A DNA stretch of 64,000 bases from Pelagomonas calceolata (taxonomy: Eukaryota): contig CAKKNE010000005.1 in NCBI GenBank assembly GCA_918797485.1, positions 620,001 through 684,000 of the forward strand, written 5' to 3'. Position numbers and translations under genes: made by a program. The number at the start of each line of letters is the position of its first letter. Position 1 is the stretch's first letter. A model generated the notes under the pieces. The model saw only the letters and a list, made by a program, of their open reading frames with translations, was not told the origin of the DNA and made no database searches. Below are positions 1 through 11,278 of this stretch, one piece after another.

Positions 1-2
1 CC

Positions 3-566
3 GACGACACCGACGATGCGACGTGCCCGGGCGGCGTCTGCGTCCGCGCGCCGGGCTTCATCAAGGCCGAGAAAGCGGGCACGTTCCCCGACATCTCCGC
101 GTGCAGCGCCTTTGTGATTTCCTGCAAGCATTATACTGGTGATCCAATGGGCGATTACACCGGCTATAGAATAGGCTTCGGGACGCAGCGCGCCCCCGAG
201 GACCTGGAGCCGCACCGCTGGTCGTCGGGCTTCAAGGCGCCCTTCCAGGCGGGCATGGTGTTGACCGATGTGGAAATCCCCTTCACGGCGTTCAGCGACG
301 ACTGGGACGACGCCACGGGGGAAATCATCGTCTCGTGCGCGGACGACCAGCGCGTGTGCCCGCACGCGTCAAATCTCCAGGACCTCCAGAAGCTGAGCAT
401 CTGGGGAGAGGGCGTCGAGGGCAACGTACATCTGGAAATCCACTCGATCAAGGCGATCAACTGCGCCGGGGGCGCGCACACCGCGGCGACGGGGTCGTGG
501 TCGCATGCCGCGGCTACCGCTGCATCCGATGAATCCGAGGACGGCGGCGAGCCCGACGACGACTAG
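3..566 (+). CDS. 3' part of a CIA30-like domain protein (5' end outside the window)
   Basis: Open frame from the window start; YTGYRIGFG..GFKAPF..VEIPF..FSDDWDDATG and WGEGVEGNVHLEI resemble algal CIA30-like proteins. Confidence 0.55.
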   Translation, partial: DDTDDATCPGGVCVRAPGFIKAEKAGTFPDISACSAFVISCKHYTGDPMGDYTGYRIGFGTQRAPEDLEPHRWSSGFKAPFQAGMVLTDVEIPFTAFSDDWDDATGEIIVSCADDQRVCPHASNLQDLQKLSIWGEGVEGNVHLEIHSIKAINCAGGAHTAATGSWSHAAATAASDESEDGGEPDDD

Positions 567-745
567 AATTCTCCGGTCCGCGCCTGTCGTGTAGCGCGGG
601 AACCACATCGACCGAAGCCTACCCACTTGTAAAATACTACATTTCTCGTCTAGTACATTTCTCGAGTCCGTCCGAACCGTGACACTCCTAACACAGCGAA
701 AACTTACGGGGGAGGGGTTGGAGGGGGAGGGATGAAGAAGACTGC

Positions 746-2269
746 TCACGCCCGCCGCCGCGTCGCCGCCAGCGTGATCAGCACTCCGGCACCGAACGCT
801 AACAAAGCCGCCACCGGCGGCACGGCCGGCCCGCGCCGGTCGCGCTTCGCGACCGCCGGCACCGCGTCGTCCGCCGGTGCTTCCGCATAAATCAGGGACT
901 TCGGAGTCGAAAACTGGCGCCAGCCGTCGAAGCCCGAGTGCGTCCCGTAGCCCGACTCCTTGTGCCCCACGAAGGGGCAGCGGATCGACCGCACGCCCGA
1001 CAAAGGATTGGTGTTGACGCCGACCTGGCCCGCGGCCAGCCGCGCCGCGACGGCGCCCGCGCGCTTCAGGTCGCTGCTGTAGACGGAGGCCGTGAGGCCG
1101 TAGCGGGAATCATTTGCCAGCGCCACTGCCGTGTCGTCCGAGCCGTCGAAGGTCGACAAAGCGACGACCGGACCGAAGGTCTCCTCGTCGCGCAGGGCCC
1201 CGTGCGGCACATCCGCTAAAACGGTCGCCGGATAGTAATTGCCTCGTTCCGAGCTGCCCGGCAGTTCGCCACCTAGCACGCAGCGCGCGCCGGCCTGCGT
1301 CGCCTTCGTCACGTGGGAATGCACTATATCTCTCTGCATCCTAGACGCCATCGGCCCTATGGTGGTCTCGGGGTCGACGCCGTCGCCTACCTTCCATTTT
1401 GATGCCTCGGCCTTCACTTTATCTTCAAAATCCGCCGCGACGCTCGCGGCCACATAGACGCGCTCGACCGCACAACAAACCTGGCCGCAGTTCGCCAGAC
1501 TATAAGCCACGGCATCATGCGCCGCGAGCTCCAAATCAGCATCCTCGAGCACGACCATGGGGTCCTTGCCCCCGCACTCCAAGACCACGGGCTTCAAAGT
1601 TTTGGAAGCCGTGTTTAGTATTTTTTGACCGGTGGCCGTGCTACCGGTGAATCCGACCATATCGACCAGCGGATGTCCTGTTAACAATGCACCAACTTCG
1701 CCGTCGCCCTGCAATAGGTTGACGAGTCCTGACGGTAGGGCGTCGCGCAGCGTCTCCACGACGAGACCGCTTGACAAAGGCACGACCTCGGACGGCTTAA
1801 CTACCACAGCATTGCCCGCGATCAGCGCCGGGACACAAAGTAACACTATTTCTTCAACAGGATAGTTCCAGGGCGCGCAGACGGCGACGACGCCGTGGGG
1901 GTGTCTTACTATTAACGAGCCGCCGTCGACCTCCGGCGCGTTCGCCTGCTGGACGAGGTCGCAATAAGCACTCATATCAATGTTGTCGTCGACCTCCTCG
2001 AGGCTCTCGGCCAGGGTTTTTCCCATTTCTGCAGTAATTAACTTGGCGAGCTGTTGGCGCTTGCCCGCGAGAGCCGCACACGCCTGCTTCACGAGCTCCG
2101 TTCTCTCATGTAGTGGTCTCGCGTTCCACAAAGGCTGCGCCGTGCGCGCGGCCGCGACGGCGGCGTCGATTTCGGCTGGCGTTGAGACCCTTACGCGTTG
2201 GATGACGGCGCCCGTCGCGGGATTTGTGTCGACAATATGGCCCTGTTCAATGACGACGCCTTGCACCAT
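746..2269 (-). CDS. Aldehyde dehydrogenase (SSADH-like) with C-terminal hydrophobic tail
   Basis: PWNYP, KPSE, FTGST, LECGGKDP, GQVCCA, EETFGPV motifs; hydrophobic C-terminus ending in RRRA. Confidence 0.93.
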   Translation of the reverse strand: MVQGVVIEQGHIVDTNPATGAVIQRVRVSTPAEIDAAVAAARTAQPLWNARPLHERTELVKQACAALAGKRQQLAKLITAEMGKTLAESLEEVDDNIDMSAYCDLVQQANAPEVDGGSLIVRHPHGVVAVCAPWNYPVEEIVLLCVPALIAGNAVVVKPSEVVPLSSGLVVETLRDALPSGLVNLLQGDGEVGALLTGHPLVDMVGFTGSTATGQKILNTASKTLKPVVLECGGKDPMVVLEDADLELAAHDAVAYSLANCGQVCCAVERVYVAASVAADFEDKVKAEASKWKVGDGVDPETTIGPMASRMQRDIVHSHVTKATQAGARCVLGGELPGSSERGNYYPATVLADVPHGALRDEETFGPVVALSTFDGSDDTAVALANDSRYGLTASVYSSDLKRAGAVAARLAAGQVGVNTNPLSGVRSIRCPFVGHKESGYGTHSGFDGWRQFSTPKSLIYAEAPADDAVPAVAKRDRRGPAVPPVAALLAFGAGVLITLAATRRRA

Positions 2270-2794
2270 GCTTGTGGCACGTCTTGTAGGAGGCGGTAAA
2301 GAGCTGCGGCGGCACCGCGCGGATGGCTCTTCCTTTCAGAAGTTCTGACAGAGAGCAGGTCTCGAGGACCGTCGCGAGGACGCGCCAAAGTAGCGCGGCG
2401 CAGAGGTACGTGCAGACGACGCTGCGGTAGGCGTCGGTGAGTGGTGTGAGCTTTGTGCGAGGCACGATTCCTCTGGCGCGCATGCACGGAGCGCTTTTGC
2501 AGGCGGAAGCTCTCACAGGGAGCAATTGAGAACACGGACGCGGCGGCGTGGATGGCTTAAAGGGATGGTTGGACGTTTCGGTATAGAAGTTTGAGCAATG
2601 CACACGAGTCCTGCGGCGCGGAGCTGTTACAATGCTGTTTGCGGCAGCTATTTTGGCAGTCCTGGACAGCAAAACACAAGCCAAAAAGCTGGTTCGCCCC
2701 GCACGCCGTCGCCGCGCCACCAGAGCACAGTAGTAGTCTTAACAATAAACTTAATTCGTAGGGCAAACCGCCGCATCGCCAGCGACGGGCGCGG

Positions 2795-3851
2795 CTACCG
2801 CACGCGCTTCCCGTCCTGCCACTCCGGGTTGGGATAGGCCGGCAGCGTCAACCTATAAGTATAGGCGGCCACGCGCATCGTCACGGTCATGAGGAAGGCG
2901 CAGACCGCCGCCAGGTCCTTGTCGACGTCGCAGCACGTTTGGAGTGCAACATAGATCGACGAACCGAACAGCGCCGGTAACGCGTACCAGGACTTCTCGG
3001 CGCCATCAATCGTCGCGTGGAAGATCCGTACGGGACGTCTCGTCAGGACATCGCGTGTGACCCCGCCAAAAGTTGCGGTAACTAACCCTAGGATGGCGGC
3101 ACAGAGCGGATCCACGTCCCTCACCAGAGCCTTCTCGGCGCCCATGACGCAAAAAGCGCCCATGCCCAAAGCGTCGGCGAAACAAAGTAACTCGTGGTCG
3201 TCGCGCCAGCCGCGTTTCGTCTCGAACCGCGGCCACGTGAAGAAGGTTACGAGAGATGTAACAATACAGATCTTGAGGTACGTCACGTCGCGCATCCAGA
3301 AGACCTGCTGCTCGCCTCCTAATACAATGTCTCGCAAGGTACCGCCACCGGTAGCTGTTACCGTACCGATAACCATACAGCCAAACACGTCCATGCCGTT
3401 CTTGCCGCCGGCGATCGTGCCGACGTAGGCGAACAAGGCCGTGCCCAACAAATCGAACTTTTCTAGATTGGAATAGCCCCCGAGAGCCGGTATCATCACC
3501 GCGAGTAATCTCGGTAGAATCCTCACCATGCGCAATATGAGGAGGGGGAGCTGGCCGCCCCTCGTCTTTATCGCGTTGTTGTGGGCTTCGAGTAAATCGA
3601 CGGCGGTGTCCTCTTGTGGCCTCGGCTGCGGCGTGGCGACCGTCGTGCCGGTCGCGCCGCCGCCTCTTGAAACGCGCGCCAGCGTGCGCTTTTCGTAGGC
3701 GCGGAAGCCGGCGCCGCGCAGGCTGAGCGATGGCTTCGTTGCGCCGCCGCGCTTGTTGAAAATATTCAGTCTCAGCCGCTTCACAGGTGTCATCCGTCGC
3801 GCGAGCGTCGATTGGAGCGCTGCAAATTGCAGCAGAAGAAGGACTTGCATG
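2795..3851 (-). CDS. TRIC/UPF0126 (glycine transporter-like) membrane protein with N-terminal signal peptide
   Basis: Two repeats: D..G..LFA..G / TATGGGTLRD and DALGMGAF / TATFGGVTRD; ATG at 3851 gives MQVLLLLQF. Confidence 0.88.
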
Positions 3852-4217
3852 GTTAAGACTGGCGCCAAAGTGCTGCCTTATATAATTGCCCACCAAGGGC
3901 GCAGTGCGTGCTCGGATGAAAATCGTGCTCTGCCACGGCCTCTGCAGTTTGACTTCCCCCAGTGCACGCCCTGGCGCGAACGTTGCCCCGGCTCTTCGTT
4001 ATTTCCGGGGACGGCTACTGTGCTTGGGGACGGCTGTGTGCAACGGCAATGAGGAAGCGGGGGCGCGGCGGGCGCGCGGGCGCGTCGTCGTCTCGCGGCC
4101 TAGGCTTTTTGCGGGTCGCGGCGATGGCGTAAGCTTCGATAGGCGCTTGGGGACAACACCCGCAAAATACGCCATCGCCGCGACCCCCCAGCAGAAGAGC
4201 GAGGAAAACAACTATAC

Positions 4218-5084
4218 TTACCGAGAAAACGCCAGCTCCGCAGGAGGAGCCGAATCGTCGTGCTCCGCGTGGGCCGACGGCGACATCTCCATGGCCAGGT
4301 ACGTGTCCCAAAAATACGAAACGCCGTTCGCGACGGCCACTCGATACTCGGGAGGCACGAAGAGCTGCTGCACGGCCTGGACCGGGCTCCAAACATACAC
4401 GGACTTGACCCATGTATCTCTCAGACACCCTCGTATTGACGCTAGAGCGCCAGACAGACCAGCACCAGCAAGTAACCCGGTCCACAAAAACATCGTAGCA
4501 ATCATAAAAGGGCCCTGCAGCACCTGGTCCATGACGATCTTCGTCGAGACGGCTCCCGCACTGCGCCCGGGCACGTAGAAGTCCATGACCTGGAACCAGG
4601 CCGCGAGGAGCGGTCCTACCCAGAGAGCGCCGACGAGAGCGAACTGAGAGGCGCGTTTCACTTTTTCGATCAGTGAACTCCGATCACCTTCCAACGCTTG
4701 CGCCGTCAGGTCCGAGAAGAAGTAGGTGATGCCCGTGCCCGCGGCCTTCGTCGTGAAAGGGCGACTTGCGAGCGCGGCGTTGTAGGAACCGATGAGCGCA
4801 GGGAAGTCTAGAGTTGCGAGTAACTGGACCGCTACCAGAGCTGCAGAAGCCTTCGCTAGGAGTTGGAGAGGTAGATTCTCGACCTCCGTGAAGGGGTCGA
4901 TGGCGACGGAGAGTTTCGTCGTCCGTCTCGCTTTGCCGATCATGGGTATGCTGCTTATTGGCAGGAAGGCCATCATCTTTGTTTGTGGTCGTCGCTGGAC
5001 GCGTCGCAGCGGCTGGCGCACGGCCGTGGTCGGTTTCATGACTAGCGCGGCGGCTGAGCCAGCACATGTGAGGAGGAGGGCCAT
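4218..5084 (-). CDS. Mpv17/PMP22 family protein, probably plastid-targeted
   Basis: FTTKA..G..YFFSDLTAQ, KIVMDQ, VWSPVQ..Q..VPPEYRV; signal peptide plus Arg-rich transit-like region. Confidence 0.88.
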   Translation of the reverse strand: MALLLTCAGSAAALVMKPTTAVRQPLRRVQRRPQTKMMAFLPISSIPMIGKARRTTKLSVAIDPFTEVENLPLQLLAKASAALVAVQLLATLDFPALIGSYNAALASRPFTTKAAGTGITYFFSDLTAQALEGDRSSLIEKVKRASQFALVGALWVGPLLAAWFQVMDFYVPGRSAGAVSTKIVMDQVLQGPFMIATMFLWTGLLAGAGLSGALASIRGCLRDTWVKSVYVWSPVQAVQQLFVPPEYRVAVANGVSYFWDTYLAMEMSPSAHAEHDDSAPPAELAFSR

Positions 5085-5566
5085 TTTTGCTGCGCTTTTT
5101 GCGTGTAATGCTTGACGCGACATGGTGTTAAGCTGCAGTTGGTGCACAGAGGGTATGATGGTTTGTTACGACGCGTCGTCAGCAGCCTTACGAACAATCG
5201 GAGCGTGCTCGACCAGAGGCACAAGCCGGCAAAGCGCTGACTGTACCAGCTCTGAGTGCTCTGGTCAGGGCGAATTCAACGGCAAACTACTGCAGGCGTC
5301 GTGGAAATGACCCCTGTACGTCCGAAAGAGCCAATTCCGGGCTCCCGGATGCCCTCTCACCACCCAGGGCCCTCAGTCGAAATTTTTCAAAGCAGCCGGG
5401 TAAGACTAACCTCACATGGACCAAGGCGACTCCTCCGACCCACCTACGGACGATTTGCCCAAAGGAAGTCGCGCGCGCGGCTCTAGCGCCCAACTCCCAG
5501 GCTCTCCCTGGCGCCGAGCGCGCTGCAGGGCGCGCGCGCCGGGTATGCCGTCGGGCAGCCGCAGCC

Positions 5567-7774
5567 ATGGAGGAATCAAAGCCCCCGTCCATCAACGACT
5601 GCCTCGCGCAACTGCGGCAGTGCTTAGATCCCGCGGCCGCCGCTGCTATCACACAACTCAATGCCGCAATAAATGCTAGAGTCGACCGCCTCACGCAAGC
5701 TGTGGAAGGGCCCTCGCCCTGGCTCGAGGTCGGGCGGGCGCTCGTGCGCCAGGTGCAGACGACGCGGCCGCGGAGCCAGCCGAAGCCGCGGCCGAAGCCC
5801 GTTGTTCAGCGAAGGCCCAAAGTCGTGGAAAAACCGGCGCCGCCGCCGCCGGCGCCAGCCCCCGCGCCGGCCTGCCCCCAGCCGCCCATCATCGACGCGG
5901 AGTTGACGGCGGCGGCATCGAAGCTGCAAGCTTCGGAACGGGGCCGCGCCGCGCGGAAACGTAGAAGGAAAGCTCCACCTCCAAAGCCCAAGCAAAAGTA
6001 CGCCACCGGTAGGAAAATAGAGAACAAGCAACCGTCAAAACATGACGAGCACGAGCTGACGATGCCGGTCGAACGGGTGCGCGCGGTCGTGGTCCGTTTG
6101 CACGAGGCGTTTCCCAAGGTGCGGGGCGGCCAGGCCTGGGACCGTCGAGGGAGCATGAACCGGAATTGGGAACTACTCTTCAAGCGACTCGATAAAGATA
6201 AAAGCGGCCGCCTCGACTACGCCGAGTTTGAAGGAGCGGTCCGGAGTGAACTACGAGTCACGGACACGACGGACCAAGAACTTAGGGCATTGTGGACTTA
6301 TGTGGACCACGACAAGAGTGGAGAAGTTACGATTTCTGAGTTCCAGCACGGGTGTTATCTACTCATCCTGGAGGGCTGGCCGTTGCTCTCGAAAGATAGC
6401 CTCGAGAAGATCGTCTCAATAATAAATGGCGCCGCGAAGCGGTGGTTGCATGCGTCGTCTTGGGTCAAGGTTTTTAGAGCTATTGATCAGGATGAAAACG
6501 ACCGTCTAGGGTATGAAGAATTAGAACGCGTTGTGAGGGCGAACGGCACGCAGGGCGGCCTGAGTCTCACTTCCAGTGATCTTACGGATCATGACTTGCG
6601 GGGGTTGTGGCGCGCGTTGGATCGCGACGTTTCAGGTGAAGTGACCATTGATGAATTTATGAATTTTATGAGACGGAAAGAGGAGAAGCCGAAGACGCCG
6701 CCACCGCCGCCGAAATCTCGACGGCGGCGCCGCGCGCCGTCGCCCGACCATTCGGTAAGAACGCAGGACACGGCCGCGACGACAACAGTACCAACGCATG
6801 TGGGCGACTACCTGTCGACCTCCACGACCCTAGATAATATCCAGCGCGAGACGGGCTGCAAAATTTCTCAGACTAAAAACGAAGTGACGTTCTCGGGCTC
6901 CGACTTCCAGATACGAGCTGCTAGAGCTGCGGTAGCGGCGGCGTCGTCTCGGATCCTGCCGCCGCTGGCGTCGCCGCAACCCGACGACGACGATTCGACG
7001 ATAGCTACCGTGGAAAAGCTCCCGCCCGTGCGGCGGCGGCCGACGCCGGTGAAGATCGTGAACGCGTTGTCCGATTCGCCCTACGGTCAGACGGCCTGCT
7101 CGCCCTCCAATAGACACTCGGGCCTCGCGTCGGGCTGGTGGGGCGACCGGCCCGAGCGCCACGAGGCCCACGACGCGTGGACGCGGCGCGAGCGCGCGCG
7201 GAAGCGGCACGAGCGGCGGCGCCGCCGCCGCGAGCGCAGGCGGGCCGAGAGGCTCGAGAAGGGCTGGTCGTTGCATCGCGAGGAGTCTCCAACAAAGGAG
7301 GACGCGACTATAAAGAGGGTGGCGTTGGGTGCGGCGCGGGCGGCCATGGGCGGTCCGGAGAAGGTGCCCTATACGGTCGGCTTCCCGCGCGCCGGCGACC
7401 TCGACGGTTCTACTGATATGTATATCACGCGGCGGCCGGACCCGGACGAGCGCGAGCGCGCCATTCTGTGGTCCGATCCAGACAGAGACGCCAGGACGCG
7501 GGAGCGCCTGTCTCGGTCGCCGACGCGGCGCGCCGAGGCCGAGAGCATGGTCGTGCATTCCGAGCCGACGAAGCCCGACGTCTACGTGGGCAAGCGCTGG
7601 GTGTCGCATCGGGACCTCCCCGAGAAGCGGCGGGAGCGGTCGCTGTCGCCGCTGTCGCGCGAGATCGGCAAAAAGTGTGAGCCATTGTCGCCCCATCGCC
7701 AACCCGCGATCCCGGCGCCGGCCTTCTCGGGCGGGCGGGAGACGACGCGGGTGAGTAACTTGTTCTGCCACTAG
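5567..7774 (+). CDS. EF-hand protein (4 EF hands) with IQ-like and KH-like segments
   Basis: DKDKSGRLDYAE, DHDKSGEVTISE, DQDENDRLGYEE, DRDVSGEVTIDE; TLDNIQRETGCKI is KH-like. Confidence 0.8.
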   Translation: MEESKPPSINDCLAQLRQCLDPAAAAAITQLNAAINARVDRLTQAVEGPSPWLEVGRALVRQVQTTRPRSQPKPRPKPVVQRRPKVVEKPAPPPPAPAPAPACPQPPIIDAELTAAASKLQASERGRAARKRRRKAPPPKPKQKYATGRKIENKQPSKHDEHELTMPVERVRAVVVRLHEAFPKVRGGQAWDRRGSMNRNWELLFKRLDKDKSGRLDYAEFEGAVRSELRVTDTTDQELRALWTYVDHDKSGEVTISEFQHGCYLLILEGWPLLSKDSLEKIVSIINGAAKRWLHASSWVKVFRAIDQDENDRLGYEELERVVRANGTQGGLSLTSSDLTDHDLRGLWRALDRDVSGEVTIDEFMNFMRRKEEKPKTPPPPPKSRRRRRAPSPDHSVRTQDTAATTTVPTHVGDYLSTSTTLDNIQRETGCKISQTKNEVTFSGSDFQIRAARAAVAAASSRILPPLASPQPDDDDSTIATVEKLPPVRRRPTPVKIVNALSDSPYGQTACSPSNRHSGLASGWWGDRPERHEAHDAWTRRERARKRHERRRRRRERRRAERLEKGWSLHREESPTKEDATIKRVALGAARAAMGGPEKVPYTVGFPRAGDLDGSTDMYITRRPDPDERERAILWSDPDRDARTRERLSRSPTRRAEAESMVVHSEPTKPDVYVGKRWVSHRDLPEKRRERSLSPLSREIGKKCEPLSPHRQPAIPAPAFSGGRETTRVSNLFCH

Positions 7775-8069
7775 TCTGCTTGTGCCCGTCCCCGCGACCT
7801 AAGGCGAACACGCGGCGCGGCGGCGGCGTGGGCCCGGCGAGCTATATAAGTGTCCGATATCCGGTGGTGCGCGCTATTTTATGTTCGTTTCGCGGCATAA
7901 GCGCCTGCTTTAGATGTCTAGTGTCTTACGGCCGCTAGGTACACAAATTAATCCACTGAGATCGATCCTGTCTGTGGGGCCTAAAGCGCTGCTGGAGACC
8001 GAAAGCTGGTGAAGACATCCACGCGCTGCGGTGAACCACCAGGCCGATACCTAATCGCAGCGGCGGTTT

Positions 8070-8393
8070 ATGTCCGACCTGGACCGCGAGCTCCGAGACA
8101 ACCTACGCCGCGCGCGCGCGCGGCGCAGGACGCGCGCGATAACGATAACACTACGCGCGCGTCAAGCACGACGCAAAGCGCTCAAACCGCTGCTCAGACA
8201 ACTCCTCGTCCGGGACCCCTACAATTTACCAGCGGAGCTGCTACCGCACATCCTGACTTGGGTCGGCTACGACCTGATCCACAACTTTCCGGGGGAATAT
8301 TGCTACCAGAGAGACGAGTTGTGGCCGGAGTCGGACTCGGAGTCGGAGTCCGACTCTGGAGCCATTGAACCCTATCCGTACGGTATAAATTAA
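8070..8393 (+). CDS. Small hypothetical protein with F-box-like LPAELLPHIL motif
   Basis: 107-aa ATG ORF; CTAGTGT element about 130 bp upstream. Confidence 0.45.
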   Translation: MSDLDRELRDNLRRARARRRTRAITITLRARQARRKALKPLLRQLLVRDPYNLPAELLPHILTWVGYDLIHNFPGEYCYQRDELWPESDSESESDSGAIEPYPYGIN

Positions 8394-8888
8394 ATGGCCG
8401 ACGCGGGCGCACGCCGCCGCCGGCTCGTCCTCACGGACGCGGTGCGCGACGGCCACTTGGCAATATTTGTGAAGCGAGAAGTGCAGGCCGGCGTCCTGGC
8501 GCTGCAGAACGGCGAGAATCCGCCGGCGCTCGTGGCCGTGGCGATTGGGACGTTCTTACTCGTATCTTCAGTGGCGTTCTTCGTCTTCGGCGTCGCGCTC
8601 ATGCTGACCTGGGTCTTCGTCTGCGGGGCGTTCCTGGCCGTGACCCTCGGCGGTGCTGATGGCCTCAATGTCTTCTGCCTATTGATGTACATGATGGCGA
8701 TATTCTTATGGGGGAACGTCAAGCTCTTCCACGCGGGCGTCCGGGCCTTGGGCGCGCGACTCTCACATTTCCTCTTCCACGTGGGTCCTGAAGCGCGCCG
8801 GCCCGCGGCCGGCACGTCGGACGACCCGGTCATGGTCTTCGACGAAGACGAGGGCAAGCGCGTCGACCACCCGATCGAGGTCGGCTGA
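8394..8888 (+). CDS. Hypothetical membrane protein
   Basis: 164-aa ORF with GC-rich third codon positions and about 3 hydrophobic segments. Confidence 0.6.
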   Translation: MADAGARRRRLVLTDAVRDGHLAIFVKREVQAGVLALQNGENPPALVAVAIGTFLLVSSVAFFVFGVALMLTWVFVCGAFLAVTLGGADGLNVFCLLMYMMAIFLWGNVKLFHAGVRALGARLSHFLFHVGPEARRPAAGTSDDPVMVFDEDEGKRVDHPIEVG

Positions 8889-8980
8889 TAAGAGAACTAC
8901 TAGTACTTTCTTAGCTGCTAGGAGGCGCGAGCCGGAGCTGTCGTGGCTGGACCTCGTCGAATTGTGGGGCGCGGCGCGGG

Positions 8981-10857
8981 CTAGGGCGCAGCTTCTTCGG
9001 CCGCGGCTCCGGCCGCGGCCTCAGGTTCGCCCTCGGCCTTCGCGAACAAGGCCTTCACCTGCTTCTCGCCCTCCGCCTCGGCCGCCCAGAATTTTTTCTC
9101 GCCCTCCGCCTCGGCCGCCCAGAATTTTTCCTTCGCCGCCGCCTGCTCTTCCGGGGAGAGCCGGTAGAAGTAGGCCACGGCGCCGACGAAGAGCAGGGCG
9201 AAGGCGCCGAAGACGCAGCCCGCGACGACTGCCCCCGTGTTGGAGTCGGAGCCGCCGGAGGAGCCGCCAGAGCTGGAACCCGTCGAGCCCAGCGCGCCGG
9301 ACGACGACCACAAACTCGCGTCGCTCGAGAACACGTGGACCACGCCCGAGCGGGCCCGACTGCCGTCGAAGACCACGCCGTCGGGGTCTTCGCCGTTGGA
9401 CTCTCCGACGAGGACGGTGCCGCCGTCGATCGCCACGGAGGCGCCGAATGAACCATTGTCGTCTGAGCCCGCCAGCTTGTCCAGCTCGACGTACGTGGCG
9501 CCGCCGTCGCTCGTGCGGTAGACGTAGGCCGCGCCGTGGGTGCCGTAGGCCGTCTCGTCCTTGTCCTCGGCGCCGATGACGATGGTGTCGCCGGAGATCG
9601 CCACGGAGCCGCCGAACTCGTCGTCCACCGCTGCGTCATCGGCAATCAGCTTGGCCAGCTGGGTGCCGTCGCTCGCGCGGAAGACGTAGGCCGAGCCCGT
9701 GTCGCCGTCCTTCCAGGCTCCGACCACGACGGTGTCCCCATCGATGGCCACGGAGATGCCGAACTCGTCGCCCTGCGCGGCGTCGGCCGCCGTCAGCTTG
9801 GTCGTCGTGTGTGTGGACCTGTGTGGAAATCAAAATTTTACGGCGCGTTCGTGTTGAATCATCGCCTCGTCCTCCACGCCATCGACGCGACGCCTGCTCG
9901 ATGGCGTGGCGATGCTGGTTCCTCGCCGCTCGACCGAGCCAGGACGGCCGCGTCATCACCGAGAAATGGTGCACCCGACACACTGTTTGATTTCCACACA
10001 GGTGTGGACCAGTCGTCGGTCGTGCGGAGGACGTAGGCCGAGCCCATGGCGGGGCTCTCGGAGTAAGCCCCGGCGTCGTCGAACTTCGCGTCGCCGTGGC
10101 CCCAGGCCCCGGCTACGATGGTGTCGCCGGACTCCGAGATCGCCACGGACGCGCCGAAGGCGTCCCCGGAGCAGGGCTGGGAGGGGTAGAGCACGTTGAC
10201 GCAGTCGCTGGAGAGCTTGGCCACCTGGGGATACGTGCCGCCGCCGTCGGTCGTGCGGTAGACGTAGGCCGCACCGCCGCCTTGGTTCCAGGCCCCCGCC
10301 ACGATCGTACCGCCGGCGATCGCCACAGCGCCGCCGAAGCCGTCCTGCTCCTCGGCGTCGTCGGCCGTCAGCTTGAGCTCCGTGTGCGAGGCCCAGCCGT
10401 CGGTCGTGCGGTAGACGTAGGCCGCGCCCGGGGTATCGACCGAGTCCCAGACCACGGTGCCCGGGGCCCCGACCACGATGGTGTCGCCGTCGATCGCGAC
10501 GGACCAGCCGAAGCGGTGCTCGCCGGCCACGGAGTAGCGGTCGGAGGCCGTCAGCTTGGCCAGCTCGACGTACGTGGCGCCGCCGTCGGTCGTTCTGAGC
10601 ACGTACGCGGCGCCCTTCTCGTTGCCGTCGCCGGGGGCACCAACCACGGCGATGTCGCCGTCGATCGCCACCGACTTGCCGTACGATTGCTGGGGATAAT
10701 ACATCGCGTTCGCGTCGCTCGGGCTCGTCCTCGCGACGAGCCCGAAGGTCGCGCCTCGGAGGCGCCGGCCCCGCAGCGCGCGGCGGGCGCCGTGGTCGAG
10801 CAAAGCCGACGCCCGGTAGGGCGCCGCGGCGGCGAGGACGAAGGCGACGGCGCGCAT
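8981..10857 (-). CDS. FG-GAP repeat (integrin-alpha-like propeller) type I membrane protein; intron 9819-10009
   Basis: Repeated FGxSVAIDGDTIVVGA..GAAYV; signal peptide; C-terminal TM helix; splicing joins the two ORFs as TDDW-STHTTTKL. Confidence 0.9.
9819..10001. mobile_element. Introner element (MITE-type), intact
   Basis: Perfect 16-bp TIR ctgtgtggaaatcaaa / tttgatttccacacag; 8-bp TSD gtgtggac at 9811-9818 and 10002-10009. Confidence 0.96.
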
Positions 10858-11278
10858 TTTGTGGGCTGCCCCGGTGGCTTTTCACTGAGTTGTGGGCTGC
10901 GTTTCCTTTGATTTGTGGGCCGCCCTTGGCTGCTTTTGTTTTGAGTCGAGGCAGAAGCGGCCTCAAGACCTGGATTTGCCCCCTACCGAACCGCCCCCGA
11001 CTCGTCCGAACACTCGCCGACCTCTGGGTGCACGCCTCCGCGCGTCGAAATGAGCGCGCGAGGCGCGCATCCGGCCCCCAGGTTTTCCTCCGCTGGGAGA
11101 GCCCAACAATAAAAAGCGCTCGCCGCGCACCGCCGGGACGCGCGAACGCTGCCCCCGCGCGCTCGCGCAGCTCCACCCGCACGCCGTCGACGCGCGGCGT
11201 TACCCCAGCCGCGCCCGCGCCGCAGGACCAGCAACACCTGCAATCTCCCAGGCAGCAAAAACCAGGCCGCAGGACCAG

